NCBI RefSeq assembly: GCF_009914755.1
Contig: NC_060925.1
Length of the DNA: 64,000 nt
From: the human T2T-CHM13v2.0 reference genome, Homo sapiens
Direction: 5' to 3' (one strand)
In this document: positions 14,915-28,729 of the stretch, piece after piece
Layout: the number at the start of each line of letters is the position of its first letter
How positions within the stretch are numbered: the stretch's first letter is position 1
Notes under the pieces: model-generated
What the model saw: only the letters and a program-made list of their open reading frames with translations
What the model was told of the DNA's origin: nothing
The model's database searches: none
Program-made: the position numbers and the translations under genes

Positions 14915-15614
14915 CTTTCTCAGAGAATTTATAGTTTACCTGGAAATGTAAACCATATGTACTTAAACTGAGGGATATTTACAAAAGAGCTTTCTACTTA
15001 ACCCACAAGAAGCTATATTAATAACAAAGCAAATCAAGCTTGTTCACAGGCAACTGAATGGAATGAATGGTTTTGATTGGTCTTGCCAGTTATATTTCTA
15101 ACAAGAGAAAATTCAATGTGAGCCTCATTTGGAAACAAAATATTACAGAGAGGAAAATTTGGGATTAAGGTCAGATTTGGTGCAACTATGCTAGATACAG
15201 AAAAGGCAAACTTTCAGCTCAATCCCCAGCTAAGTACAAGTTCAATGGTGAAGGCATAAGAAAATGAGCCATTATAATAAGTCTGAAATAAGTTTATGAT
15301 TCCACCTCAATATGGGCATGCAATATATTCTAACATTTAATCCCTGGAAAATATGATGACATCACACTGAAATCTTGACTCATAAGAGAACTTTTTTATG
15401 CTGTTCCCTAAGTCAGTTTATTTCTACTTCATTCTTGTGTTAAGGGTAGGCTCAATTCTTACTCATTCAAAAACGGTATCACCTGAAGCTTTTCTTTAAT
15501 TCTTGTTTTCTCTGCAGTGAGAAAATTAATCAAGGGGTTAAAATGTATATTAAATTATATATGTATTATATATAAAAGTTATATAATATAGATCAGAGAA
15601 GAATATATTGCATA

Positions 15615-16015
15615 TGTTATAGGCTGAATTGTGTCCTTTCCCCAAATTAATATGCTGTACCCTGCCCCCTGCCATCCCAGTATATCAGAAGGTGGCTATA
15701 TTTGGAGATAGAGACTTTTAAGAGGTAACTAATGTAAAATGAGGTCACATGTCTGGGTCCTAATCCAATATCACTGGTGTCCTTATTTGAAGAGGAAATT
15801 TAGGTACAGACATACATGTGCACAGAAAAAAGTCCATGAGAAGACAAGATGAGAAAATGACTATCTAAAAGCCAAGGAGAGAAATTTCAGAATAAAATTA
15901 ACACATCTGATGCCTTGACCTCACACTTCTAGCCTCCAGAACCGTGAGAAAATAAATTTCTGTTGTTTAACTCACCCAGTCTGCAGTAATTGTTATAACA
16001 ACCCTAGCAAAGTAA
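15615..16015 (+). mobile_element. MaLR LTR (MLT1B/C-like)
   Basis: TGTTATAGGCTGAATTGTGTCC start; CTTCTAGCCTCCAGAACCGTGAGAAAATAAATTTCTGTTG motif. Confidence 0.8.
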
Positions 16016-16023
16016 TATAGGAA

Positions 16024-16024
<1 letters not shown>

Positions 16025-16066
<42 letters not shown>

Positions 16067-16088
16067 TACATATATATATACACATATT

Positions 16089-16123
<35 letters not shown>

Positions 16124-16125
16124 GT
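16025..16125. repeat. Compound (TA)n/(CA)n/(TG)n microsatellite
   Basis: direct inspection. Confidence 0.95.
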
Positions 16126-16152
16126 GATAGAGTAGATAGATAGAGACATATA

Positions 16153-16388
16153 CAGTCATCCCTCAGTATTAGTGGGGTATTGCATTCAGGAGCCCTGCAT
16201 ATACCGAAGTCTGCACATACTCAGGTCCCACAGTCAACCTTGCAGAGCTCGCATATGAAAAGTTGGCCCTCCACATATGTGGGTTTCACGTCCCACAAAT
16301 ACTATATTTTCAATCTGTATTTGGCTGAAAAAATCCACCTATAAGTGGACTCACACAGTTTAAACCAGTGTTATTCAAAGGTCAACTG
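16153..16388 (-). mobile_element. MER8-like (Tigger2-derived) DNA transposon
   Basis: about 240 bp; termini CAGTCATCCCTC...AAGGTCAACTG; TA at left end. Confidence 0.75.
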
Positions 16389-16727
16389 TTGATATATAGA
16401 TATATAAATATCTCATATGTATAGAGCAAGCGGGAGAAAAAATCTCTAATCTCTCTTCCTTCCTGCTCTTTTTGGATTGCAAACTCTTCTCTCATAAGTA
16501 CAAAAAGTAATGTTAACAAAGTAAAGAGAATTGGAAATAGTAGTGTTTTTGACCACTAGTGTTTTGTAATTTTAGAAAAAAAATTACTGAAATGTAACTT
16601 TTTATTTATATTGAGATGTTTTGACTCATACTCCAATCATACAGAACTAATAGATAAAATATGAAAAAGACTTCTTTTTACATACATAGCTGGATTAAAA
16701 TATTAAAAATAATTTTCTTCCCTCAAA

Positions 16728-17981
16728 GGATCCCCTATTTAATAAACGGTGCTGGGAAAACTGGCTAGCCATATGTAGAAAGCTGAAACTGGATCCCTTT
16801 CTTACACCATACACAAAAATTAACTCAAGATGGATTAAAGACTTAAATGAAAGACCTAACACCATAAAAAACCCTAGAAGAAAACCTAGGCAATACCATT
16901 CAAGACATAGGCACGGGCAAAGACTTCATGACCAGAACACCAAAAGCAATGGCAACAAAAGCTAAAATAGACAAATGCGATCTAATTAAACTAAAGAGCT
17001 TCTGCACAGCAAAAGAAACTCTCATCAGAGTGAACAGGCAATCTAAAAAATAGGAGAAAAGTTTTGCAATATACCCGTCTAACAAAGGGCTAATATCCAG
17101 AATCTACAAAGAACTTCAACAAATTTACAAGAAAAAAACAACCCCATCAAAAAGTGGGCAAAGAATATGAACAGACACTTCTCAAAAGAAGACATTTATG
17201 CAGTCAACAGACACATAAAAAATGCTCATCATCTCTGGTCATCAGAGAAATGCATATCAAAACCACAATGAGATACCATCGCATGCCAGTTAGAATGATG
17301 ATCATTAAAAAGTCAGGAAACAACAGATACTGGAGAGGATGTGGAGAAATAGGAATGCTTTTACACTGCTGGTGGGAGCGTAAATTAGTTCAACCATTGT
17401 GGAAAGCAGTGTGGCGATTCCTCAAGGATCTAGAACTAGAAATACCATTTGACCCAGCGATCCCATTACTGGGTGTATACCCGAAGGATTATACATCATG
17501 CTACTATAAAGATGTATACAGGCACACGTATGTTAATTGTGGTGCTATTCACAATAGCAAAGACTTGGAACCAACCCAAATGTCCATCAGTGATAGACTG
17601 GATTAAAAAAATGTGGCACATATGTGCCATGGAATACTATGAAGCCATAAAAAAGGATAAGTTCATGTCCTTTGCAAGGACATGGATGAAGCTGGAAACC
17701 ATCATTCTCAGCAAACTATCACAAGGACAGAAAACCAAACACCACATGTTCTCACTCACAGATGGGAGTTGAACAATGAGAATGCATGGACACAGGGTGG
17801 GGAACATCACACACTGGGGCCTGTCAGGGGGTGGGGGGCTGGGGGACAGATAGCATTAGGAGAAATACCTAATGTAAATGACAAGTTGATGGGTACAGCA
17901 AACCAACATGGCACATGTATACCTATGTAACAAACCTGCATGTGATGCACACGTACCCTAGAACTTAAGATTAAAAAAAAA
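16728..17981 (+). mobile_element. 5'-truncated L1PA (ORF2 C-terminus plus 3'UTR)
   Basis: ORF2 peptides in ORF track; 3'UTR and A-tail; TSD-like TTTCTTCCCTCA on both sides. Confidence 0.93.
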
Positions 17982-19054
17982 CATTTCTTCCCTCATGAGG
18001 TACAAAGCCAAGCATTACACTGGGGCCATGATAGTCCAGGTTGCTGAAAGATTTAGATCTAAAGACTGAAAATTGGGATATATATTGAGAGAGAGAGAGA
18101 GAGAGAACAAATGGTAACCTAAATTTAATAAAATAATAATAGACAAATTAGGGTAACAGGCATATGAGTATTTTTTGTTCTAACAATTCTTTTATTTTCA
18201 AACATCTATAATCTTACATTTATTTCCCAATAAAAAGGATTTTAAGTTAAAAAAAGAAAGTTTTTCTGTAGTAACATTTTCACAACTAGGGCCTTTAAGA
18301 CTGAGGAAATACTCCAAGCTCTGAGCAAACTCAGTAAGTATAAATCCATATGTAGACATACCACAGTAAAATGCAAGATACTAAAGACTAATACAATATT
18401 TTCAAATCAACCAGAGATGGAAGGCAGATTACCTGCAAAGGAAGGACAATTACTTTATCACAGACTTCTCTTCATCAACGAGAACAGACAATACAGGAAT
18501 AACATCTCCCAAGTTGTGAGGGAGACTAACAGATGACATGAAATTCTATGACCAAATAAAGCATAATTCAATGGGCAGCAGTTAACAGAATTAAGCTGTT
18601 TCCAGACATCTATGGAGAGATTTAACTCAAAGATGTCACTGTAAATTTGATTGTTGAGATGTAGTAATGGATACTTGGCAAGTTTATTGAATTAGTTAAA
18701 CGATCTTCAAAGCTTAGGTCATGTATCTTCATTAAACACATGGTGCTTTGCATTTACTAAAGAAGGGCTTCCGTTTTCTCCCCAAATAAATCATTGCGAT
18801 CTTAGCACCCCAAGTGTAAAAACCTCTTTTATTTCTATTCTTGATCTCTAGTCCCTGCTTATGTGTATGCATAAATGCATGACACCGTGCTTCTCTTTCA
18901 GTTATTTATTTCTAGAGATCATGTCTTTGAAAATCATTATATTCCCAGCAACTATTTAGAGTGGTACTAAGCTAACTTGGTTTATGGTGTCAACCGCATA
19001 GCAGTTATTTGATTGGCCCATTCCTTTATAAAATATTTTATGCTTAGATGATGA

Positions 19055-19424
<370 letters not shown>

Positions 19425-19800
19425 TACAAATGTTACTATTAACTCCTCCTTCTGCTAAGAAATAAACCAAAATAAAATTATTCACAAATATAACTGTTTT
19501 GATCATGCTTTCAGATGATATGTAAAGTAGCCCACAGAAGGTAAATAATATTCAGGGGAAATAAATTATTACTTAAGAGTGGGTGCTGAGAAAAAGAAAT
19601 GTGTGAAGTGTGAGGTAGGAAGTATGTGAGAAAAGCTAGGGCACAGTTGTGTCTTATATTTTTGTTAAAATCTGCCTGTTAAGACTTCCTGATTGGGTAA
19701 TGGGAATGATACAGTAAAATACTCTTCCTCAGAGTGTCTGACACCTTTGTGATAATTTACTACATAAAAGTACAAGTTACATTATATAAAAAGACAGAAT

Positions 19801-20130
<330 letters not shown>

Positions 20131-21685
20131 TTACACAATGTGGATCTAAAAGCAACAGGGAAAGGAAAAGGATTTGGGCCTAGAATGTGGGGAATTTTAG
20201 ATGCTGCAGAAAGCCTTCTGGTGTCTTTCTAGAATGGCTGGATTTTGGTTAAGGCAAAGAAGAAGTAACTTTTCATGGAGAACAGTAGCATACAAGAGTG
20301 CGGATGGTTTGATCATTTAAGGCAGGGATGTGAGGTTTGATGGAATATGTTGATAACAAAGATTCTTTGCTTGGCCAACTTTAGTCAGGCTTCTAAATCT
20401 TCAGCTAGGCTAAACTGTGCACTTCCTCGCAAAATCCAGCATTAGCAAAGAACACTGCCAAGTTTACCAAAGAACCCCTCATTCTCAATATCTGATCAGG
20501 TTCTTCATTCTTCACCATTCTGCAGGTGATGTCTGATCACCCTGGCCAGTCTTCAGCAAGAATTCTTTTAGGTCGGTTTAGCCAGACTCTCCCTTACTCC
20601 TGATGTTTCCTCTTAGTGATTTTCCATTCACTGACCCCTGCATTGCTCCTGGGCTATAAATTCCCACTTCCCCATGCCGTATTCAGAGTTAAGCCCATCT
20701 CTCTCCCCAGCTCCAAGACTGTGTTGCAGTGGTTCCTATATCTATGGTGATGGTCCTGAATAAAGTCTTCTTTACTGTGCATTTGAAGTATCACTGAATA
20801 ATTTTTTCTTTAACAATTATGGTGTTGAAACTCAACTAGGACAGATTCATCACTGGATCCTGGGCCTCTCACTCAGAACCCTAAATGCATGCCTTTGAAG
20901 TCTTTGTTGTCATTTCTGACTGATTAGGGATCCATTGGTGAATCAGATTCCTGAGCCATTGCTCCAGACAAAAGCCCGTTGATGGCTAAGGACAGATTTT
21001 GAATCTGAAGGGATGAATATTCTCTCTGAAGCTGGGGTAGAGTCCCAGGCTTCTTTTGAAAGCAATCCTCTGGGCAGGAAGGTCTTCGTGTGGGCTTCTT
21101 GTTCTGAGTGGTCTATTCTCTGAGTCCCTAGACTAGAATTCTCTTCTTTCTGGCTCTCTTTTTCTGAGTGAGGGGTTATTCCCTGATTCCCTGGGCTACA
21201 AATTGTTGTTCCTGGCTCTCTATAAAACCACTCTGCTCTTTCTCTTCTCTCTATTGGATCCTGCTTCTCCCATGGGAGCTCTGTCACCTGAAACCCCTCT
21301 TCTCAAGTCTCTGCTGACTATTTCTCTGTCCACTCTTGCCAGACCCGTTTCTTTTCTGCTGAACTTCAGGACCCCTATCCTACCCTCCTTTGAGGGGGCT
21401 CTCAAGGGACTCAGAGGCCCCTCAAAAACAAGCACCTGGGGCTGATAATAGGAGAAAAAAAGAAACTGTTTGGAAACTGATAAAGTAAAAAAAAAAAAAA
21501 AAAAAAAAAATCTTAAAAAACCTCCTCCACAAATATTGGTAAAAAGCTTTAGCCTTTGTTATGTAGGTCAACTCAACTTATCCCTTTTTCACCAGAAACA
21601 CAATTTGGATAACAATATAAAGCGGAGATAAACCAGTGAGTTTGTATTTTTGTATTACTCTGTTTTACTGCCTCATGGTTAAAAA

Positions 21686-21975
<290 letters not shown>

Positions 21976-24146
21976 TAAAATTTTTTAAATGAGAAGTCAT
22001 AAGATCTGGTTACATCAGTCTATATGTTTGTGTATGTGTACATGTGTGTATCTATGTTATTATGTTATGTATATGTGATATTTTTCTACCTCCAACGTTA
22101 TTACCAAACTAAAATACCCAAATTGGCTAGGGATAAATGAGCACTCAAACAAATAAGAATGTATAAAATTTTCAGAAAAGTAGAAACTGACCCAATTTTT
22201 TTAAGTTCACATAATCTGGGATATTCCTTAGTAAATAAAAACTAGTTTAAAAAATATTGGTAAAATAAAAATAGAAACATTTTCAGAATTGTCAGCATAC
22301 ACTTGTTTTACCTGGCTTTGCTGATTAGACAAGTTTGTGTTGTTACTGTTAGATGTTTAAGGCCATAAAACCATAAATTCAACCTAAGAGTAGAATATGT
22401 AGTAAAAGTAAACTGCTTAATTGTCTGGTGTATGTCTGTTGCAAAAGTAAATAAGAAAAGATGTCTAGAAGGATTGTGAAAATCTTATCTTGTATGGTCT
22501 AAGCTGACTGAGATTGGATAGATTTATTTATAAGGTTTTATTAAAACTTAGTTTTAGTAATACATTGATTCAAAAGTAGAATTTGATCTTCTCCGTTAAA
22601 ATGGTAAAGTTTTCTTGGAATGTTGGTCTGAGAATGTAAAGGGTATTTTTTTCCTTTTAAGTAATTGGCCTCAGAAACAGAGACTCTGTTTCATCAAGAT
22701 AATTTCTTGAGTTTCATGTTGTTTTATTAGGTTTTTGGTTACTTAAGAAAAGTGAGTCTTCTCAATATTAAAGGAGCTAAGTTCTTGTTCACAACTATGT
22801 AATCTGAATTTGCCTTTAAAATCTTTTAATGGAGCTTTTATTAAATAGATAACTATGGTCATATTTGTTTTAAATGTTTTAAACTTTTTGACATTTTTGA
22901 CAATCTTCCCAAAATCACATTCTAAGTTAAGTCTTTTTGACCTCAAATTAACTTAGGATTCTCCATATTGGACCCTCAAAAAGCCACAAAGAATATTTTT
23001 TTTTGTATGAAAGAGAGATTAAACCAATTAGATTTATTTAATATGCTAAATTATATGTGTAGCATTCAAATAAAAAGTGATGCTAAGCCATCTTTAAGTT
23101 ATATTTATGGATATATTATTGGGATAAGTGTACAAAAGTTGTATGAGATTCCTAGAAATCTAGTATGTTATCAGTCATAATTTTGGTTATTATGTTAAAA
23201 TGCTGTATGCCATGCTAACCAAATTTTCTTATAAATTGCATCATTGTAATGAACTCTCATTAGATTTTTTAACCATGGACATTTTAAGTACTTGTCATCT
23301 GTAGACAGTTATTGTTTTAATTTAATTGCTCTCTAAAAGCATTTGAAATTAGCTACAGTCCAAAATGGCTTCTTCTTCAAGGAGATTTATGGAAAATACT
23401 CTTATGAGTATTCTGGAATACAGGTTTCTGAACAAGTTTAACGTCATACAATTGGACTGGTAAGAATTTCCAGAACTCTAATAAAACTGATGGGTTCATG
23501 TAACTACTAACCCAAGATCAAGCAAAACAAGATTTAATTACATGGTACTGAATGAACTGATGAGAATAATTTTTAAAATGACTTTTTGTTGGAAACATTG
23601 CTAGTTCTTTAAATGTTTTGTTTTCCAGATTTCAGAAAACTTTCTTTTAAGCTATCTCTAGCTTACACCAATTCAGTAAAGAATACTTTTGTGCAAAATG
23701 GAAACATTTACTTTTTCCCCCTAACTTATCCCTCCAGAATTTGGAAACTATTTGTGTATATTCTTATTTTTATGACAATGTATTTATTTGCATAAGTTTA
23801 ATAAGAATCTGTTGTCTTTGTAACAGGACAAACTGGAAACACAGGTTATATCACCAAGGCTTTGACTGAAACATCATGTTTTCAGATATGACCAGAAGGC
23901 TTTAGGGGACTAAAGTTGGCTTTATGGAACCAATAAAGTACCATCTTGGAAAAACTGGCTCTAGGGTTCCCAGACTTACAGGTAAGTAAAGAATGTCACT
24001 GCTTGGTGGGTCTGGAAACCTTGGGATATTTTAGGGACCTCAAGAAGAGAGAAATTTATCTAAATCTATAAATGTAACAGGTGCAGACTAATGACAAGTT
24101 TTGGGCTTGTATCCCAGCCTCAAGTGGCTTTTAAAAGTTTAATCTG

Positions 24147-24445
24147 ACTGGAGACAGTGGCTCACCCCTGTAATCCCAGCACTTTGGGAGGCCAAGTCAG
24201 GTGGATGACGAGGTCAGGAGTTCAAGACCAGCCTGACCAATATGGTGAAAGCCCTGTCTCTACTAAAAATACAAAAAATGAGCCAGGCATAGTGGCACGC
24301 ACCTATAATCCCAGCTACTCGGGAGGCTGAGCAGAAGAATCGCTTGAACCCAGGAGGCGGAGGTTGCAGTGAGCCAAGATCGCACCACTGCACTCCAGCC
24401 TGAGAGACAGAGGGAGACTCTGTCTAAAAAAACAAAAACAAAAAG
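24147..24445 (+). mobile_element. Alu inserted in the ERV, 15-bp TSD
   Basis: AAAAGTTTAATCTGA at 24133-24147 and 24441-24455. Confidence 0.9.
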
Positions 24446-25373
24446 TTTAATCTGAGATTTCTTATCTGACTAACGCAACCTTTAAAAGAGCCTAAAGGGT
24501 CAATCACTACTCTTAACTGCACTTGTGTACATAACCAGTACAAGTTTAATGAGATTAAACTTATTTAGCAAACAAATCAATCTGACTTTGATTATCTTTG
24601 ACAGAAATGAGAGTGAATATAGAGAGAAAAGTTATGTTTCAGGAGAAAACTGCAGTGCACCCAATATTAGATTCTAGCTGTTTTTTTTTTTTTCTGAGGT
24701 TTTATTATCTGCCTGCAATCTGCAATAGATCCTCAATTTTTCTAGTTTACTACAATATTTAGCTACAACACTCCAAATTAATATTTCATTTTTTTCCTGC
24801 TATTCTGGCTTGGAATCACTAAAATTATAAACTTTTCATTTCTTGAAGTCCTTCAAACTGAAACTGGATGACTTGACATAAGCTTCAGAAAAATTACCAC
24901 AACAGCTTGTGTGTGGCCCATCTTTATGGCATTCAAACTGCAAACTAATCCAATGCCTCTTCTCACTCCAGCTGAAGATACTACAAGCCCAGCATCTAGA
25001 AATCTTATTGATCAGCTGCCCTCTGGGCTCAGAAACTGTCTTTATAGTTCGTTCCAACTATTAATCTTTTTTAATTTTATTTGTATAGAAACTAAACTTC
25101 CCACATTAAAGGCCCGATAGCTCACACTATCCAGGAAATATCCTCTGCTACCAAGTCCCAACAGATGATTCAACTGGTCCTTAATGAATAAAAGGTGATC
25201 AAACAAGAAAAGAGACTTATATTGTTTGAAGGAAAGATGAGTGTCTCTTCTTTCCTTAAACAAGAAGTAGTACTAACAAAGATTCCTTGCTAGGCCAAAC
25301 TTTAGTCAGATGTCTATCTTCCTTGCAAAATCCAACTTTTTTTTTTTTATGTGGTACAATGTGATGTTTTGTT

Positions 25374-25937
25374 CTTTTTTTTAAATTTATTATTATACTT
25401 TAAGTTTTAGGGTACATGTGCACAATGTGCAGGTTAGTTACATATGCATACATGTGCCATGCTGGTGCGCTGCACCCACTAACTCGTCATCTAGCAATAG
25501 GTATATCTCCCAGTGATATCCCTCCCCCCTCCCCCCAACCCACAACAGTCCCCAGAGTGTGATGTTCCCCTTCCTGTGTCCATGTGTTCTCATTGTTCAA
25601 TTCCCACCTATAAGTGAGAATATGCGGTGTTTGGTTTTTTGTTCTTGCGATAGTTTACTGAGAATGATGATTTCCAATTTCATCTATGTCCCTACAAAGG
25701 ACATGAACTCATCCTTTTTTATGGCTGCATAGTATTCCATGGTGTATATGTGCCACATTTTCTTAATCCAGTCTATCATTGTTGGACATTTGGGTTGGTT
25801 CCAAGTCTTTGCTATTGTGAATAGTGCCGCAATAAACATACGTGTGCATGTGTCTTTATAGCAGCATGATTTATAGTCCTTTGGGTACATACCCAGTAAT
25901 GGGATGGCTGGGTCAAATGGTATTTCTAATTCTAGAT
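25374..25937 (-). mobile_element. Young L1 3' fragment (L1PA2-like), no TSD found
   Basis: reverse of L1PA2-type 3'UTR (GCTAGATGACGAGTTAGTGGGTGCAGCGC). Confidence 0.9.
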
Positions 25938-27485
25938 AGAATGTTTCCTCTTATAACTCATAGTGAATATGACTGGACAATGAAACTATTTTGTAATTTC
26001 TTTCCTGAAAGATAAAGGCGTTAGAACATAGAATCTTTCATTGATTCTACAGAATCTTAAGACTCCTTCAGAGATGGCAGTCATTCCTACCGTGCTGAAC
26101 ATCATGTTGTCACGGTCAGAATCAGAACTAAATTGATTAAGGGTCTGAAACAGTTTGGCACTCTTGGGCACTTATTCTGATAAGAAAGCTGATGAGACAG
26201 GGTAATGAAAAGAGGCTGCAAGAAATGACCATTCATGCATTCAGCCAACATTTAGGCCACCCTCCTGTATTCCAGGCACTGTACGTGGCACTGAGAATGC
26301 AAAGCAAAACGAGTCATGGTCTACTGGCAGGAGCCTTCTCAGCGGAGAAAAGATCAACAAGAAAAGTGCCTGCTGGAGACCTCTCCTAGGGCATAAACCA
26401 ATATAGAGGTGGGGCAGCTACGTCAGCCTGAGGTGTCCTTAGGCAGAACAGAAAGTGAGAATCAGAGCAGTATCTCATTTCTGAACACCTGGATTGTAGC
26501 TTTCCCTGGACTGACTGTCAAAGGAGGTGGTTTTAAAAAGCAAGCCAAACAGGTTTCCATCCTTTAGGAAGACCCTGGAACGTGCCAGTTGATTCTGACA
26601 ATTTCTCATGAACAGAAACACCTAGGAAGGGAGAACTGGTGAGTCTTTTCAAGAGGAGGAAGTCCCTCAAAAGGGGCTGTGTTTCGCAAACGGCGCCCCA
26701 AAAGGGCTGAAATACTTCGATCTGGAGGAAAAAGACTCAGGCACTGAGGGAAGGGGAGGGTGCACATCTGGAGTAATTTCAAGGCTTTTTCCGTGTTATC
26801 TGATGTGGCAACAAGTAAAGATTTGTTCGTTTTATTATTTTTTTAATTTTTAAAGATTTTCTTTTCCCCCCTTTTCCCCCTCCCGGCCACTCCGGTTTGT
26901 GTTTGCCACAAGACTCATAATTCCTTTAGAAAGTGGAGTCGAATTCATAAAAGTGATGGGGGGGAGAGCGCGGAGAGGGAAGGCTGGGAGCCCCAGGGAG
27001 TCTTCACTACCTACACTGCCGCTCAGCTCCCGGCGCGAGTGGAGGTCGGGGTGGGGAGACGCGACTCCTGCCCGGGATGGCTGACACTCTGCGAGCCCCG
27101 GCGGCCCGCGGCCGGGCCGGGTGACTAGGCGGAGGGCGCGGAGGGTCCGCGGCGGGCGGGTGGCGCTGCAGCAGCCTGGGCACGGCTGCCGCCGCCCGCG
27201 GGCGAGAGTGTGCACGGGTGTGGAAGGCCGGAGTGCGGGCCGTGAGGGGTGTGCGCGCTTGAGCCGGAGCGGGGCTCGCCCCTCGTCGGCTCCCGCCGCC
27301 CAGCCGGTGATCGCTCTCCGGCCGTCCCCGGCACCCTCGGCCCCCCACGGCGGTTGGTCCGGGCGGGGGAAGGAGAAAGTGAGACTCGGTGTCATCACCA
27401 ATCCGTCGCCAGAAGGGGAGGAAACTGGAATCCAGCAGCGGCGAGCAGCAGCTGGGCGGTCACATCTGGAAATGGAAAGCCGACC

Positions 27486-27532
27486 TCCCCCTCCTCCTCC
27501 ACCTCCTCCTCCTCCTCCTCCTTCTCCTCCTC
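27486..27532 (+). repeat. (CCT)n tract immediately upstream of a CAG acceptor at 27540
   Basis: direct inspection. Confidence 0.9.
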
Positions 27533-27680
27533 TCACCCAGGATCACTTCCGAAACCAGTTGGCCTTCAGCCCCTGCCTCGGCCAGAGGTTTCATTTTTAA
27601 CTGAATATTTACGAAAGCTGAAAGCGTGCGAGGGGGGTGGGGTGGAAATAGCGGCTGCTTCTTTTCCAAGGATTTATTTA

Positions 27681-27768
27681 ATGGGGATGTGTTCAAGGCA
27701 AGACCGAATTCAGAAGGATATCGACGTCGTGATCCAGAAGTCCAGAGCTGAGGACTGCCTGTTTGCAG
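27681..27768 (+). pseudogene. Duplicated PARP8 coding exon 1 (MGMCSRQDRIQKDIDVVIQKSRAEDCLFA)
   Basis: Matches recalled PARP8 N-terminus MGMCSRQERIQKDIDVVIQKSRAEKDCLFA with E>D and a one-codon deletion; donor CAG|GTGAGT at 27768/27769. Confidence 0.9.
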
Positions 27769-28432
27769 GTGAGTTCTTGCTTTTCCAGAACCTCGGACCC
27801 AGCGCCCCCTTCTCAGTTCTCCGACCGCGACGTGTGTGGCTGGGGGTGGGGTGGAGGGTTTGCACGTCCGCATTCCGGGGTTCATTTGGCGACAGCTGCT
27901 GCAACGAACGCGGGAGCCAAAAGCGGGAGGGGGCGCCAGCCTCGCCCCTTCCCCTCCCCCCACCCCCAAGTCTGGGGCAGCTACTAGCTTTGAAGGCAGA
28001 ACCCGAGTGGCCCGAGCGGGGGTCTAGGCGAAGGGGCAGTGCGTGGTATTTCCAGCCCCGCGTAGTGCCCGAAGCCTGCAAGCACGCCTCCTGGGTTCCA
28101 GCAGCGGCGGCAGAGCGGGGTTGGTTGGACCCGCCAGGTTTGCGTAATGGGCTGAGCGGCGGCGGCCGGGAATGGAGCCTGCTGCCCTGCGCTCGTAAGC
28201 TGCGCCCGGCGCCGAGGACCCCCGGGGGGCAGCGCTCGGCCCATCTCCGGCCCCTTCGGCTCCATCTAGTCCCCTCCGACTGGCAAAGAGAAGGGATTCC
28301 TCGGATTCCCAAGGCACCCAGCGCCCCTGCCTGGGGGGTCGCCGTTCGTCCATTTTGCTCCCCCGGGAGAGAGATCGGATTTTGCTTTCGCTGCCGCGAG
28401 CCCGGCTGGGGCTGCTTCCGGCCTCCCCGACC

Positions 28433-28460
28433 GGGAAATTCCCGCCGTTGCCATGGCACC
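28433..28460 (+). promoter_or_regulatory. Adjacent NF-kB site and RFX X-box motifs
   Basis: GGGAAATTCC 28433-28442; GTTGCCATGGCACC 28447-28460 (one mismatch to GTTGCCATGGCAAC). Confidence 0.5.
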
Positions 28461-28675
28461 CGGCACTTGCTGCCGGGGGCGGCCTGCCGCTGCACCCAGT
28501 CGGGGGCGCGCCGCATCCCCTCGGACGCTGCGCGGAGAGACCTCGCCGCCCTCTAGCCCTCGCCTCCCGCCCGGCCAGGCCTCCCCTGACTCCACCAAAT
28601 GGAGGGCCCAAGTCCTGATCGGGGTTAAAACAAATCCACTCCAGGGGTAGCTTTTGACAGGACTTTCTGTTTCAG

Positions 28676-28729
28676 ATTCAGATACTCAGACTCCACCTTT
28701 ACTTTTACCTATGTTGGCGGCCCCAGAAG
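28676..28729 (+). pseudogene. Duplicated PARP8 exon 2 with 1-nt deletion (54 nt)
   Basis: acceptor TTTCTGTTTCAG, donor AAG|GTATTT; alternative frame reads RYSDSTFTFTYVGGPR, matching PARP8. Confidence 0.88.

Larger units (their letters stand above)
26990..28600. promoter_or_regulatory. CpG island / duplicated PARP8 promoter
   Basis: dense CpG, GC boxes (GGGCGG), surrounds the PARP8-like first coding exon. Confidence 0.9.

Noticed and set aside
16900-17930. L1 ORF2-like peptides
   Set aside because: Frameshifted fragments of a 5'-truncated L1, not a gene
26850-28650. Many long overlapping ORFs (poly-Gly, poly-Pro, poly-Ser, up to 435 aa)
   Set aside because: Expected from stop-codon scarcity in a CpG island and the (CCT)n repeat; only the ATG at 27681 has homology support
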